A stretch of 64,000 nucleotides of DNA from Eremomyces bilateralis CBS 781.70 (taxonomy: Eukaryota): assembly GCA_010015585.1 (NCBI GenBank), contig ML975155.1; one strand, given 5' to 3'. This document shows positions 11,963-24,617 of the stretch, in pieces. Position numbers and translations under genes: made by a program. Every line of letters starts with the position of its first letter. The first letter of the stretch is position 1. The notes beneath the pieces were generated by a model. It saw only the letters and a program-made list of their open reading frames with translations. It did not search any database and had not been told where the DNA came from.

Positions 11963-12793
11963 TTATTTCTCGTCTTCCTCGTCTTCCTCGGCGCTGCCCG
12001 AATCCAACGCATCATCATCATCGTCGTCATCATCATCATCATCATCCATATCATCCATGTCAAAATCACTCTCACTCCCCCCGAAATCCTCCACCTCCGC
12101 ATCCGAGTCGCCCCACACATCCATATTGAAATCGTCCTCCTTCACCGTCTTGAACGCGTCCTTCTGCGTCGGCATGACGAACCCAACCGGAAGATCCTTC
12201 TTGCTCTCCGCGACGTCCTTGCGCGCCCGCTCGTCGAACGTGCCCTTGTTCTTCCGCCACAGCACCGCGGCGTCGACGTTGGCGGGCGAGGACACCTCGG
12301 CGTCGTCGAGCAGCGAGAGGATGGAGATGAGGACCGACTCGACGCGCTGCGCGGGGGACCAGCGTTCCGAGGCTAGTTCGCCGGACATCTCGTCGTCGCC
12401 AGGGGGGTGGAGGATGGAGATGCAGAGCCGGCCGTCGGGGTAGACGTTGGGGTGGAAGATGGGGCGGGTGAACTTGAAGTCTGGTGGGGAGAGGTTAGCT
12501 GACTCCACAGACCCGGGTGGAATGAATGGTGGCATACCTGGGGGGCTGAAAGGGTAGTTTTTGGGGAACGTCATTCGGGCTTTGAAGTAGCCGCCGCTGT
12601 ATGGCGACTCCTCATTCAAGACGATCAGAGCGACGCTCCATTCGAAGACATTGTCGTCAATAAGCTGCGTAAACGTTTAGTCACGGCGTCTAGATATGGT
12701 GTTCGGGGGTGGGGGCAATTGGTGTACCTCGATGTTTGTCCATCCCTCCTTAGACAAGGCCTTGTACTCGCCCATCAAGATCTTCTCCGCCAT
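11963..12793 (-). CDS. CDC34: E2 ubiquitin-conjugating enzyme, Cdc34/Ubc3 type with acidic tail
   Basis: ATG at 12793 (MAEKILMGEYKAL). Introns 12665-12727 and 12481-12537. HPNVYPDGRLCISILH active site, acidic loop insertion (PPGDDEMSGELASERW) and poly-D/E C-terminal tail. Confidence 0.88.
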
Positions 12794-13975
12794 GGTGGGC
12801 AACTCTTAGAGAGGTGTGACCAGTTCAGACTTGGATTATCCGCCGAAAGTGTTTCTGATTTTCGATTTGTGTTGGGGGGGCCGAAGCGCCAGGCGCAGCG
12901 GTTTATAAAGTGGGCGATGCCGGAAGGTGGAGGTGAACGGAGCGTGTCGAAGGTTCCAGGCGATGGTCGAACTTCGAAGGCAGAAACGAAAGTGAATATC
13001 CTAGGCAACACAGGTAGATCGCAATATGACCATTCACGAGACTCCAGTGTGGAAGCGTTTTCCGAAGTTCTTTCAGAAGTGTCTGCCTCTTCCGCTTTCA
13101 CGCCCTGTCTTGCTTCCCTGTGCACATCCAGTTGGTGGGGTGTGGCGGAATGCGGCCGTTGGTTCAGAACCGTTCATAGATGGTTTTGGGGGTTCCAGAC
13201 TCTAAGACTCAGGATCGGCGAGTCCCTTCCAAGGGAGAGAACTTTGCGGACGGTTGGTAACTGGAGACCAATGATGTCTTTAGTTCGAAAAGGAAAGAAA
13301 GGGAAGACGGTGGCGAGTGGGAAGGTTCGTAGAGAACAGCTGAAGTAGTCATCCAGCTCTTAACTCTTTGTTTCGATACTTCTAGAACTCTACCAATTAC
13401 CTATGGAATCCCATTCCTGGCAATTCAGTAAAGGCACCCTAGCTTAATAGATGAACAATGTCAGGACATGAGTTAATAATTACTCTTGTACCACAGCAAT
13501 AGCCCTACATCGGCCCAATGATATGGCATGGATGGAACGATTGCTCTCTCCGCCCGTAAGTCTCAATTGAAACGAAACTCTTATGCCCGTCCTCTCGTTA
13601 AGAAGGTCTCACAGAGTATATTATTTATGAATAATGGCACATTATAAAAGGTCGTATCCGCACCGAGTCCTTCTGTCTTAGGAGTTGGAGTCCTGGAGGC
13701 GCTACTGTACCGTTGCTCAATGCGGAAATGCGGATATGCGGAAACCCGACGCTGCATTCCGCTCCATCCCCTCATGTTCCAAATTATGGAGGATCGATTC
13801 GACCGGCAGCAGATCGGAATGTATTATCCATGCCTCAGTGGCATTTTATTTCCCGTTCAATAAACTACGAAACCTCTTGAGCGAGGCAATTAACTTCAAC
13901 AGATTGCATCGATCGTAAGCCTCAAAAACTCGTTCGACACAAGCGATTCGACAGCCCCTGGAATGACCTAGACCT

Positions 13976-16117
13976 TCAGTCCTTCACATGCTCGACTTCC
14001 TGCACCTGTGTCTGCGCCTTGCCTTCATCATTGAGCGTCTTTGGAGGCTCGTTGCCACCGGTGCTTTCTTCGTCCTCTTTGCGCACTACACTCATGCCAA
14101 ATAACTCGTCCATGTGCTCAAGAGAAACCCCTAGAGGTAGAAAATTAGCACCGAGTCCGGCACAGGGAAACAGTGCGCAAAAAATTCAACTCACCCTTCG
14201 TCTCGGGGACCAAGAACCAGACAAAAAAGAACATAGCGAAGCAGAAACAGCCGTAAATTAGGAATCCACTGCATCAAGGGTTAGCCTCCGATCCGATCCT
14301 CCTATCACCGGAGCACACGAACCCATATCCTTTATTTCCTACGTTCTTCAACATACGAGGCGTAGCCTGGGCGACAACAAAGTTGAACAGCCACTGAGTA
14401 GCGGATGCAAGAGCGACATTAAGAGATCGGAGCCGTGCTGAGGCAACCTCGCTGCAGTAGATCCATGGAACAGGGCCCCTGTGAGTTGGTTAGACGTTGG
14501 ATGCGGAAGTGGGCCAAGGATCCTACCATCCGAATTGGAAGAAGCCGGCAAAAAGGAAGACGCAAACCTGCGGACGAGTCAGCCATGATGCAGCATTCAC
14601 GAGAAGACCTGCCACTCACCAACGCGAAATAACCAGCGGGTGGAACTGGCTTGTCAGTATCCGGTGGCGCAATTCGCACGTAAAGACCCATATAGAACAT
14701 AGCAAGGCCTTGTGCAATGCTCGTCCACAGAAGACTCCTCCTCCTACCTAAGCTATCGGCCACGAACAGCAAGAACGCCAGGCACGCAGTCACTTTGACG
14801 ACTCCGTAAATGCCCGTGGCAAACAAGCTGGTCGTATCGCCAGTGATTCCTAAGTTCTTGAAGATCATCGGCGCGTAGTAGTTGATGGCGTTGGTCCCTT
14901 GGAAAGATTAGCTGTCTTCTGCCTCCGTAGCCAATGCTCCGTACCTGTCATCTGCTGGCATACCATCTGCAGCAAGCCGTTAGTCAGAGTTTAGAACGAG
15001 ATACATCAGCTATCATACCAGTCCGATGGAAATCAAAGCCCTGTTACGGTTCCCCTTGATGAGCCACATTTCTTTCCACAGATCCTTCTGACTCGCGCCT
15101 CCGACTAATTCGCGCTCGTACTGCAGCTGAGCCGCAATATCCGCGAGCTCTACCTGGATATAAGGATGATCGGCCGGGAGGTTTCGGACTCGACAAAGTG
15201 TCTGGGTTGCCTCCTCCCAGCGATCCTGCTTGGCGAGGAAACGGGGGGACTCTTTATTCAACAGCATGCAACCGAAAAGAAGAAGGGCAGGGAGTGCTTG
15301 AATGACCAGGGGTACAACTAGATTATATCAGTGGACTGGACTCCTCAAGAGAACATGTAGAGTTTATTTCGTACTGTAGCTCGCTCTCCCGGAGATATGC
15401 AGACTCGAGCCGTAGTTGATCCAGAATGCGAGCATGATGCCCGTGACGATCTTCGATCCTGTCAGTTCTTTCGTCATAAAATACGGCATCTAGAGATCGC
15501 ACAAAAAGCTGGTAAATTCCAGTGAGTCCACCACGGATGGCACGAGGTACGTTTTCAGAGATATAAAGCGGAGTGGTCGATGACGCAGCACCGACACCGA
15601 TGCCGGCAATGATTCTAATTGAGCATTAATTCGTGTCCATCCATGGCATTCACAGTAATCTCGAACTTGGCTCACCGTCCAGTATACAGAGCGCCGTATT
15701 TTCCCGACGCGGCGGCTTGGATGATGCACCCGAGGGTTGCAACCGCCGCCGAGATCAAAAGCGACGGCTTGCGGCCTAACTTGTCCGAGAGGATGTAGAT
15801 TCCCAGGGAACCAAAGAAGCATCCGGCTTGCAAAACGGAGACAATGTTCGAGGAAAGGTTCGCCTTGGTCCGCTCGGTCAAATTGTAGTCGCTGGCCAAA
15901 TTGAGTACTATGGTCGTCCAGTGCTGGGGGCAGCTCACGCTTCGAAGGCATCCAGCTCAAGCACACCTCCAATGATCCCCATATCCATTCCAAACAGCAT
16001 GCCGCCAAAGCAGGCGGAAGCTGCCAAAGCGAAGACCCTCCACCCATAGATCTCTGGGGGATCCTCTTTCACCGCGTCATTGTGCACCAGGCGCTCGATA
16101 AGAGTTTTAGTACGCAT
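13976..16117 (-). CDS. MFS sugar-porter family transporter, quinate permease (QutD/Qa-Y)-like; 11 exons
   Basis: Ten introns could be traced and all restore frame. They include a 22-nt exon (14945-14966) and two AAG acceptors. Motifs: [61 protein letters not shown]. Stop TGA at 13976-13978. Confidence 0.88.
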
Positions 16118-17962
16118 GGCTACTCGCTGGAAGGAGGACGGAAATCAGCGAAGAGACGGTAACTGATGACAGACCGTGGACCTAAATCGCTTGAATAGCA
16201 TGGACTTTCGGACAAGATTAAATAAATCCTCGAGGGTAGTCCGGCCATTTGAGGAACATTTGGACCGACGTGGTTGATATCCTAGCCTGGGGGCCTGTAA
16301 TGCTGGAAACGGAAACACGGCCCTTTATTCGCGGAAAAACGTAGAAACAGAGTCCGTCGCAACTTGAGGGGGTTGAGGATAAACCACCCATCTAACCCTT
16401 GGGTGGCCGTTGCCAGGGTCTTCTGCCTGATACAATAATTAAGCGACTGGGTCATGGGCAGAGGTGGATATGATAGCCCAGTGCATGATGCACCTCAAAT
16501 TCTCGAGAATGTCAGTGCGATTTTCGCCGAGGTCAGCAATATCCCTCTCCCACCAACCAGGTTATCTTATTAATCGGGTTGATTTCCGATATGTGTGTGA
16601 CTTCGTGCGACTTCGTTCCACCGCTCTGATATAAGAGGGAAAATCATTACAACATCCAATATGGCATGCTCGCGAGTAAAATCGGCGTACGACCCGGTGT
16701 TGCCGGTCCCGCCCAAGGGCGTTCACTTCTGGATCATTGCTCCAAGTCGTGAAGCTGGTCAAATATCAATATCCCCGGTAGTTCTCATCAAGATAGGGTC
16801 ACTGGATGGTCCTTCCGAGTATCAAGATGATTGCAACGGTGAAAAGGCCCTAAAACTCCTAGTTGCTCAATTAGGCATTCATCTGACGATCTGGAGTTCC
16901 CCAGAATCCCAGATGCAACGGGTTATGGGGAGCACTCCACAGCAGAGGCTATATTAGCCTAACCGCAGACAAATGGTCCGATGCGGATTGCGGACCCCAG
17001 AGGCCCAGACGGCCCAAAGAGGGGATTATGACGACCGACGGGCGGATAGGTTTGCGGAGAAGCTCTGCTATTGCCAGCATCGTACATTGTGCATGCACGG
17101 ATGTCCTTTCAAGCTCTTGTCCGCTCAACGGCGCTATTAGCATCTCCAAGGTTAAAGCCTAAAAGGTAGGCCGGGATTTGTGCCTCTGCGGATGATCCGT
17201 GCATCGGTCCAGGATACTCCGAAATTGGCCACCAATCGCATGTGCCTTTGACTCGGGTTTGACATTCAATTGAACTGAGCGTCAAGTTCATCCATTTATT
17301 GATGATTCCGTCTATTCGTGAAATCAGTGAGACGTATCCGTAATCTTGGCTGAATAAGCCAGGCAATATCATGTGACTCCTTAGTCCATGTACATGCACG
17401 TGACCAGCCAAAGTGACCAGCCACACAAGCCACACGCAACCAGCCACATATATAGGTCAGGTTAGTTGACAGGGATTGACCCACCTGATCTGCACTCGTC
17501 TGATGTATGATTGGCCATATTTGATAGTTTCGCATTATCCCTGTCACCAGCCCCTTGTGATGACCACTCACATCGGCTTCATCATCGGTTGCTATCCATA
17601 ACCAGTTCCCCAACATATCATGGTCTTTTTCCAAAGGCCTATCCTCCGAAAATTCGGATGGCAGGGCCCAGCATGGCATTCGACATATTTACCGTTGCAC
17701 AATGGATCTTTTCCTTCTCTTCATTTCTCCCGGATTGACCTGCAACCGCTGCAACTCAAACCCTCTCCCCAAGGACATCCCCAAAGACATCAACTCCAGG
17801 CAACTTGAACAAGGACCCGTCCCCTTGACTGCCCCTACGTTACAAAGTCATTGTTTCAGTGTCTGCTTTTCTACATCAGTCGTGCAGTTAACCTGCCCTT
17901 CTCCGGATTGCCAGAGTCCCCGCCCCTGACACATTCCTCTGCTACCCATCACCCTGGATCAA

Positions 17963-19421
17963 ATGTCACAATCCACCGCTCTCCCGCCTACAGTGAGTAT
18001 ATTTGTATCTGCGAAAGGAGCACTATTTCTAACAGAGTCCGTAGTCTCAGCGTGACCGAAGAATCCTTCCTCCTTCGCGTGTATATTCATCCACATCATA
18101 TTCTCCAGAACCTCCATCACCTCTGTCCGACTTCACCGACGATCAGACATCATTCGCCGGTGAATTTTTGAATCGATGTAAGGTTTCGGCTGCCAAACTC
18201 CAGCGCTCAGAATCTCCTCGACGACAGCTTCAGAGATCGTTGACTTCTGCGTTTGCCAACTCTTTCATTTCATCCTCAGACCAAGACCCCCGACGCCAGA
18301 GTAACCTCTTCTTCGGCGATCTTTTCAGTGGATCATCTGCGCCAATTAACATTGGCTTCATCCAGGACGACAATAGCGAGGAAGAAAGCGAGGAAGAGAC
18401 AGAGATGGATGGAATCTACACTCGAGCACCCCAGCGTGCACGAAGGCCCATCCCTGTAAAGGGTACCCATTCGGTTCACAACAGAAGTCAAGGTTCTCTC
18501 GGCAGAACATCCACGATCTCTGATCGATCAAGTCGATTTGCGTGGTTCACACGATCCAACGGTTCCCAGACACCAGAGACAATTCCTGCTTCGTCGGTTG
18601 AGGATAACGATCCGCTTCTCACTATGTCGATTGCGAACGTGCTATTCCCTCACGGCCATCCGGATCCATTAGCACCTCATTCGTTCCACGATCTCGTCGA
18701 CTCGTCGACTAGTCTCCTCGCCACTTTCCAGTCTGCGTACCGTGCGCAGCATGCCCAGATGGACAGCGTGCGAGCTGAACACTCGGCTCTATTGGAGGAG
18801 TTTGCAGAAATGGAAACACGGTCCAAGCACCTAAAGTTGCAATTGCATGACATGGCATCCCAAGTCGAACGCAGCGAGGCGGAAAAGCGGGAATTACGAG
18901 ATCTTCTGAACCAAGAGCAACAGGAAACCGCTCTACGAGAATCGGCTCGAAAAAGAAGCCTGAACCTTGTTGCCAGCCCATTTGACCGAGCATCAGATAG
19001 CCCCGAGCTTCCTGGGACGAAGCATATACGCTGTTACCGGGGTGAAAGCGGTTCAACGACACCAACAACCGATTCCGGATTCGAATCTGAAGCTGAAAGC
19101 AGTTCTGGGAGTATATTTTCCAAAACCAGTGGAGTGGCCTCAATCCCATCGACCGACACTACGTGGGACGATCACGAAACACCTCGAGACCTTCCTTCTA
19201 CCGAATACAATCGCCGATCGATGTTTGATGATGTCTTGGATGTGATGAGAAAGAAGGAAAACCCAAACCACCTCTATAAAAGAGAGTTTCGGCCCGCCGG
19301 TTCGGGAGGACAGCACTCATCCGTGGGCAATGGCAATCTAGCTGAACGAAACGCTTGGCTGGAGCAACGAGTTCTGGAGCTGGAGCATGCTGTGGATAGC
19401 TGTTTGGATCTTGTATGTTAG
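17963..19421 (+). CDS. Hypothetical fungal protein, Ser-rich with central coiled coil
   Basis: Exon 17963-17992, intron 17993-18044 (GTGAGT..CTAAC..TAG), then an in-frame exon to 19421. Heptad-rich middle section and C-terminal LEQRVLELEHAVDSCLDLV. Confidence 0.75.
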
Positions 19422-19548
19422 AATGATTGATGTACAATTTGTTAGATAGATATCTAGATACCCGAAGTTAGACTAATGATAGGAGGCGAGCAATGAACTT
19501 GGCCTTTGGTCATCGTACGGTGCATCATGAAGACCTACATTACTTGGG

Positions 19549-19572
19549 TGATTGATTGATTGATTGATTGAT
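19549..19572. repeat. (TGAT)6 microsatellite
   Basis: Read directly from the sequence. Confidence 0.9.
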
Positions 19573-19811
19573 ACCTGGGCTTGTTCGGGCCAACATCGGT
19601 TAGGCCACGTGGGGAACTACAGTAGCTAATTAATTTACATTCTAATATAAAACTTATTGTCCGTGTTTGATCTCGTCAACTTCCTGTTACTCATTTTGGC
19701 CGAGATGGCCAATGACGAGGGCTCTTTAGGATATGTGCTATGGGAACGCTGTTCTTGCTCACGGCGCAGCGTTGCTTTACAATCGATGACATCTCGGCAT
19801 ATCATCTAGGT

Positions 19812-20773
19812 CTAAAGTCTATACGAATGATAGCCGGGGTTATACAATCCAAGCAAGTCAGCGACAGCGTGCAAAAGTCGAGTTAAGGCATCGCTAGGGG
19901 GGTTGCTTGAAGGTTCGCGTGGGTTCCAGTCGTACGAGGCGCTTGATTTATTCTGGTATCGGCGTTCTAGGTCGTGTATTGAGAGGACGGGCAATGATGC
20001 GTGCGGTGCGCGGCGTTGTGTCGTACTCGCTGGTGCAGATGAGGAGGTTCTAGGAGTGCGTATTGTCGTCATTGGGGTAGGTTGAGGGGAAGCTACGGAT
20101 CGATCAGGTTTCGACATCCCTGAGGGAGTCGGGCAATGGCGGGACGCCACTGTTATATATGGGGGACGGGTAGGTGAAGCCGGGCGGGATTCGAAGGGCG
20201 ACTTGGTGGGCATATCCGCTGAGATTGGACCGGGGGAGGAGTGGCAGCAGCGGATTCGGGTGGTGCATGCTCGGGGCGGACTCGGAGTGGATGATTGGGA
20301 TGGTAGTAATGATAGCGATGTCTCTAGGGCTAGGGATTGAGGTCGGCTAGTAGGCGAATTAGATGTCCTCAGCATTAAAAAGTAGATCGAATATTGTATC
20401 GGCTAGGAGGCAATCGTCCGCGTGGAAGTCTATGAGATCGTCATTGCTCGATCCTCCCTCATAGATCATACATTGTACGCGATATCTTTTCCCACAGACA
20501 TCGCAGAGGCAAGTAGCTCTCCGGGAGCCCGCGAAATAGGAAAACCCACAGGTCGTCAGCTGCTGCGGAGATAGATCTGGATATGCCCATGTTGACGGGT
20601 AGGTCTTCAAGCGACCTAAAATAGTTCGAGCTGGTGCCGGGTGGTCGGATGGTGTTGGTGACGCGCTTTGTGATCGGGGAGACGTCATGTCGCGATGGTG
20701 AGTTGCTCCGACTTGCTACTGCTGTCGTAGGCGATGATAGTGGTGCGAATCGATTTGATGTTGCTGCTGCCAT
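19812..20773 (-). pseudogene. BIR-like zinc-binding domain locus: fragmented gene, or a stand-alone 109-aa mini-BIR ORF (20359-20688)
   Basis: ORF 20359-20688 reads RLKTYPSTWAYPDLSPQQLTTCGFSY..CLCDVC..H..C, matching the BIR pattern RLxT[FY]..W..L..GF.Y..CxxC..H..C. It is flanked by overlapping Ser/Pro/Thr-rich ORFs in the other two frames. Confidence 0.5.
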
Positions 20774-21196
20774 CTCCGTCCCCAAGGCTTCCGGTCGTTT
20801 CTCGGTCGATACTTGGGTGATTTAATTGATATCAATCTGTAATTGAATGGTCAATGGCCATATTTTATGCCTGAGGCAGCAAGGCCTGATATCTCCGACG
20901 CGTCGGATGTGTCATCAGATACATCAATGGAACAGAAAGAGTATTAATTATGACTTTATGAGGTTGTCAGTTGTAGTTCATCGTGTCAAATGTCAAGCTC
21001 ATCTTTCCGACTTCTCGCTCAGATACAGTACCGGTTTCAAGCGCGGAACAAGAAAGAGAACGAACCCATTTGCCACTTCCACAACTTCCCGAAACTGAAG
21101 TTTTACCGCAGTGCTTGGATTACCAACCTCTCAGGATGATCTCTCTCCGACAATGCACGCGGTATTAGCGTAGAAACTGCTCTGAATGCCATAACC

Positions 21197-24100
21197 ATGG
21201 GTCCCGTTGTTCCGACTAAGAGAAAATACGTCGGTGACGGAGATGAGGACACATCGGCTTCAAAGCGGTCGCCTCCCAAGCCGACGCTCCACAGGAAGGC
21301 GAAACAGACCGTCTTTGATGCCGTGGACGCAGCAACAGACCGTAAAAATTACGAAGACTCTCGGGGACCGCCTCTAACAACCCTGTCGACCAGCGACGAT
21401 GAATCACTGAGCGACATCAGCAGCGACGAGTTCGAAGACGTCAAGCAGCCCGCTGCTGATCCAGCCGAGGATGAGGACGAAGAGGATTGGGAAGACGCAA
21501 TGGAATCAAGGGGCGATCACGACAACCATGTGCTGGAGAACACTGACGAAGTGCGTGGAGAACCAATGGACCTTGAACTCACGTTGCCTGACGCAAGCAC
21601 TACCTATATCCCCGAGATCAATGTCTCTGGGAGAAAGGGACCGAGCAAGACAGAGCGCGAAATGCGGATCCTCATTCACAAGGTACACGTTGTTTTCCTT
21701 CTCTACCACAACTTCCTTCGGAATTGGTGGATGAATGACCAGGCCGTGAGAGATGCCCTCATGCGGAACCTCAGCGGATCCGTGAAGGAGGAGATCAATA
21801 ATTGGAAACGATCAATGGGGATGGCCGGAGCTGAGGTACAGGGGCAGGCTCCTCAGGAAGTCAACCGTGGCAAAGGAACATCGTCGGATATTCCGCTGAA
21901 CCAAAATGCATCAAAACGTCGACAAGGACGATCTTCCGTTGGCTCGGGACAAAAGAAGGGAGCAAACCATGAGACGCCAGACAGAGACCGCCGATCACAG
22001 GATTGGTCGGGGTCTGCATCTCGAACAGAAGAAGGAAAACCGGACTTAAGTCGCGGAGACCCGACATCTCGTTTCTTACGATATATTGCTTCCCACTGGC
22101 GGAAGAGGTTTCGGATCACCGCCCCTGGACTGCGGAAACGGGGTTATCTGTCAGTCAAAGACGTAGAGACCGAAATCAAAAGCTTCCAACAAAGCCATGA
22201 CTTCCACGATAGGTTTGGGGAACATATAGAAAGCCTGGATGAGTTCAAGGCACATGCGGAGAGCTTGACCGGCAGTCGGGACCTGGGGACGCAACTATTC
22301 GTTTCTTTGCTGCGCGAACTGGGATTTGAAGCTCGTTTGTCCTGCAACTTACAGCCGTTGGGCTTTGGATGGAGTAAAATTGAGGACGTTGACGCGAAAA
22401 AGCTACGAAAAGTGCGCTCAGCTCAGCAGAAGGAGTCGGAAGCTGGAGGGAAGGCGTCCAGAAGCGGCCGAGAACCTGTCCCTGCAGAAGGTTCGGACGA
22501 GCTCTCTTTAGGCGAAAAGGAGTTCCCCTATCGACCAAAGAAGATCGATAACGATCTCACCGCTCCCAATTACTGGGTAGAGGTCCTGTCGCCCGTTACG
22601 AACCGCTACATCCCGGTATCCGTTTTTCCGAACATCCTCGTAGGACAAAGTGATGATCTCGATGCATTCATAGCTCGAGGGAAAGCCGCTAATGAAAGCA
22701 AGCAAACGATTGCTTACGTGGTGGCATTCTCGACGGATGGCTCAGCAAAGGACGTCACGGTCCGCTACCTTAAGAATCGGCGTTTACCGGGCAAGGCGAA
22801 AGGATTTCGAGTTCCTATCGAGAAAATCCCGTTGTATAATTCTCGAGGGAAAGTTATCCGAGTACAGGATTTTGACTGGTTTAGCCACATTCTCCGGGCT
22901 TACGCGAGACCGTCGGCTATGCGAACAGATGCCGACGAATTGGAAGACAATGAGGAGCTGAAGCCAGTGGAGGACGACGCCAAACAATTAAAAGCGAAAG
23001 AGGAGACTCTTCAGTGGTACAAAACATCTGCCGAGTTTGTCCTTGAGCGCCATCTACGGCGGGAAGAAGCAATCCGCCCAGGGGTGCGTCCAGTCAGACA
23101 TTTCATTCCGAACGTCCGCTCCAAAAAAGGAGATGAAAAGCCGCCCGTTAAACCGGAACCGGTTTACTTTAGGAAAGATGTGCTGGCATGCCGGACAGCA
23201 GAGTCCTGGCATAAAGAAGGAAGGCAAGTGATCGCAGGAACAGATCCTTTGAAAATGGTTCCAACCCGCGCGGTGACCATCTTGCGGAAACGGGCTCTGG
23301 AAGAGATTCGAGCCCAAACAGGCGAGGCGCCTACGCAAGGTCTCTATTCGAAGGATCAGACGGAATGGATCATCCCTGATCCTATTGAAGATGGCAAAAT
23401 TCCGCGCAACTCATTTGGAAACATCGACGTTTACGTCCCAACAATGGTGCCCAGAGGTGCAGTGCACTTAAAACTCAGGGGTGCTGCTCGAGTATGCAAG
23501 AAGCTTGGCATCGATCACGCTGAAGCTTGTGTTGGGTTTGAATTTGGAGGAAGAATTGCCGTTCCCATTCTTCATGGCGTCGTTGTCGCGGAAGACAACG
23601 TAGGACTGGTCACGGATGCATGGCGGCATGATATGAAGGAGAAGGAGCAGAAAGAGAAGGCCAAAATGAGGAAGAAGCTGCTGACATTGTGGGCGAAGTT
23701 TGCACGAGGATTGGTGGTTTGGGAGCGGGTTAAGAACACGTACGGGGAAGAAGATCAAACCCACCTGGCAGCCGAGATCAAACATCGGGCATCGGCAACC
23801 ACGGAATTAGCAGGCGGATTTATTCGCGATGCATCGTCTGAAGCAGATACTCCTAAACCGGGAGGTGCTGGCGTGGGCTTGATCGTGGAGAAGGAGATGG
23901 ATGGCCATGGCAAACGTAGATCATCGGGTCAGCCTGGTATGGATGAAGCAGCATCACGGATGCCAAAGTCCCTGAGAGAATCACGTGAAAATGAACGTCT
24001 CTCTCCTAGCGAACTGGGATCGGAAAAGGAGGATCAACCTACCAACGAGACGATGGCAGGAGAGGGCCGACATCAGGTGGATTTTCGGGAAAGCAACTAT

Positions 24101-24328
24101 AACGCACCAGATCGTAGGTCCAAAGACAAGCGTCACAGGAAGGCATCCGCAGGAGATGTGGGCAAATCGGATAAGGTTGAAGTGGTGATTGGGAATGCCG
24201 GAAAGAAGACAGGAAAAGTTGGCGAAACGGACGGGGGCAGCTCGGAACCGACAAGGCGGCAGCCTCGAAGGGCAGCTGCTCAAAAGAGTCACGAAGCAGT
24301 TCGAAGTCGGTACTTTGAGGAGCAATGA
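21197..24328 (+). CDS. RAD4: Rad4/XPC family nucleotide excision repair protein, 1043 aa, intronless
   Basis: Transglutaminase-like region (GSRDLGTQLFVSLLRELGFEARL, YWVEV, AKDVTVRY) and BHD1-3 (FVLERHLRREE, SWHKEGR, GLYSKDQTE, IPRNSFGNIDVY..MVPRGAVHL..GFEF). Which Rad4 paralog this is cannot be resolved. Confidence 0.92.
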   Translation: MGPVVPTKRKYVGDGDEDTSASKRSPPKPTLHRKAKQTVFDAVDAATDRKNYEDSRGPPLTTLSTSDDESLSDISSDEFEDVKQPAADPAEDEDEEDWEDAMESRGDHDNHVLENTDEVRGEPMDLELTLPDASTTYIPEINVSGRKGPSKTEREMRILIHKVHVVFLLYHNFLRNWWMNDQAVRDALMRNLSGSVKEEINNWKRSMGMAGAEVQGQAPQEVNRGKGTSSDIPLNQNASKRRQGRSSVGSGQKKGANHETPDRDRRSQDWSGSASRTEEGKPDLSRGDPTSRFLRYIASHWRKRFRITAPGLRKRGYLSVKDVETEIKSFQQSHDFHDRFGEHIESLDEFKAHAESLTGSRDLGTQLFVSLLRELGFEARLSCNLQPLGFGWSKIEDVDAKKLRKVRSAQQKESEAGGKASRSGREPVPAEGSDELSLGEKEFPYRPKKIDNDLTAPNYWVEVLSPVTNRYIPVSVFPNILVGQSDDLDAFIARGKAANESKQTIAYVVAFSTDGSAKDVTVRYLKNRRLPGKAKGFRVPIEKIPLYNSRGKVIRVQDFDWFSHILRAYARPSAMRTDADELEDNEELKPVEDDAKQLKAKEETLQWYKTSAEFVLERHLRREEAIRPGVRPVRHFIPNVRSKKGDEKPPVKPEPVYFRKDVLACRTAESWHKEGRQVIAGTDPLKMVPTRAVTILRKRALEEIRAQTGEAPTQGLYSKDQTEWIIPDPIEDGKIPRNSFGNIDVYVPTMVPRGAVHLKLRGAARVCKKLGIDHAEACVGFEFGGRIAVPILHGVVVAEDNVGLVTDAWRHDMKEKEQKEKAKMRKKLLTLWAKFARGLVVWERVKNTYGEEDQTHLAAEIKHRASATTELAGGFIRDASSEADTPKPGGAGVGLIVEKEMDGHGKRRSSGQPGMDEAASRMPKSLRESRENERLSPSELGSEKEDQPTNETMAGEGRHQVDFRESNYNAPDRRSKDKRHRKASAGDVGKSDKVEVVIGNAGKKTGKVGETDGGSSEPTRRQPRRAAAQKSHEAVRSRYFEEQ

Positions 24329-24544
24329 TACACTGGCTCTACCGAAACTTGTATAATTGCTGTCGGTTACAGCTTCGGTCCATAATGAAGTTACCAATGA
24401 AAGATATAGCGCCGCGGTATCGCGAAACATCGATTCTGCCACGAGCTGTACAATACCTGATTTATGCTAGAAATGAAGGAAGCAAGAATTCAAAGTACTT
24501 ACATGTAAAGGGGCTCTGAACACTCGTGGGTAATCCTCCCACCC

Positions 24545-24617
24545 CTCCACCGCCCCGGCATATCTCCGCATCCCCGCTTTTCCGCTGCCCCGCCACTCCG
24601 CCCCGCCCTTCCTCCAC
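24545..24617. promoter_or_regulatory. Cluster of 8 CYCCRS (reverse SYGGRG, CreA/Mig1 consensus) hexamers
   Basis: Hexamers start at 24545, 24553, 24564, 24572, 24588, 24596, 24601 and 24612. Confidence 0.45.

Noticed and set aside
12719..13348. 209-aa plus-strand ORF
   Set aside because: TTG start, antisense to CDC34 exon 1 and promoter, no domain features.
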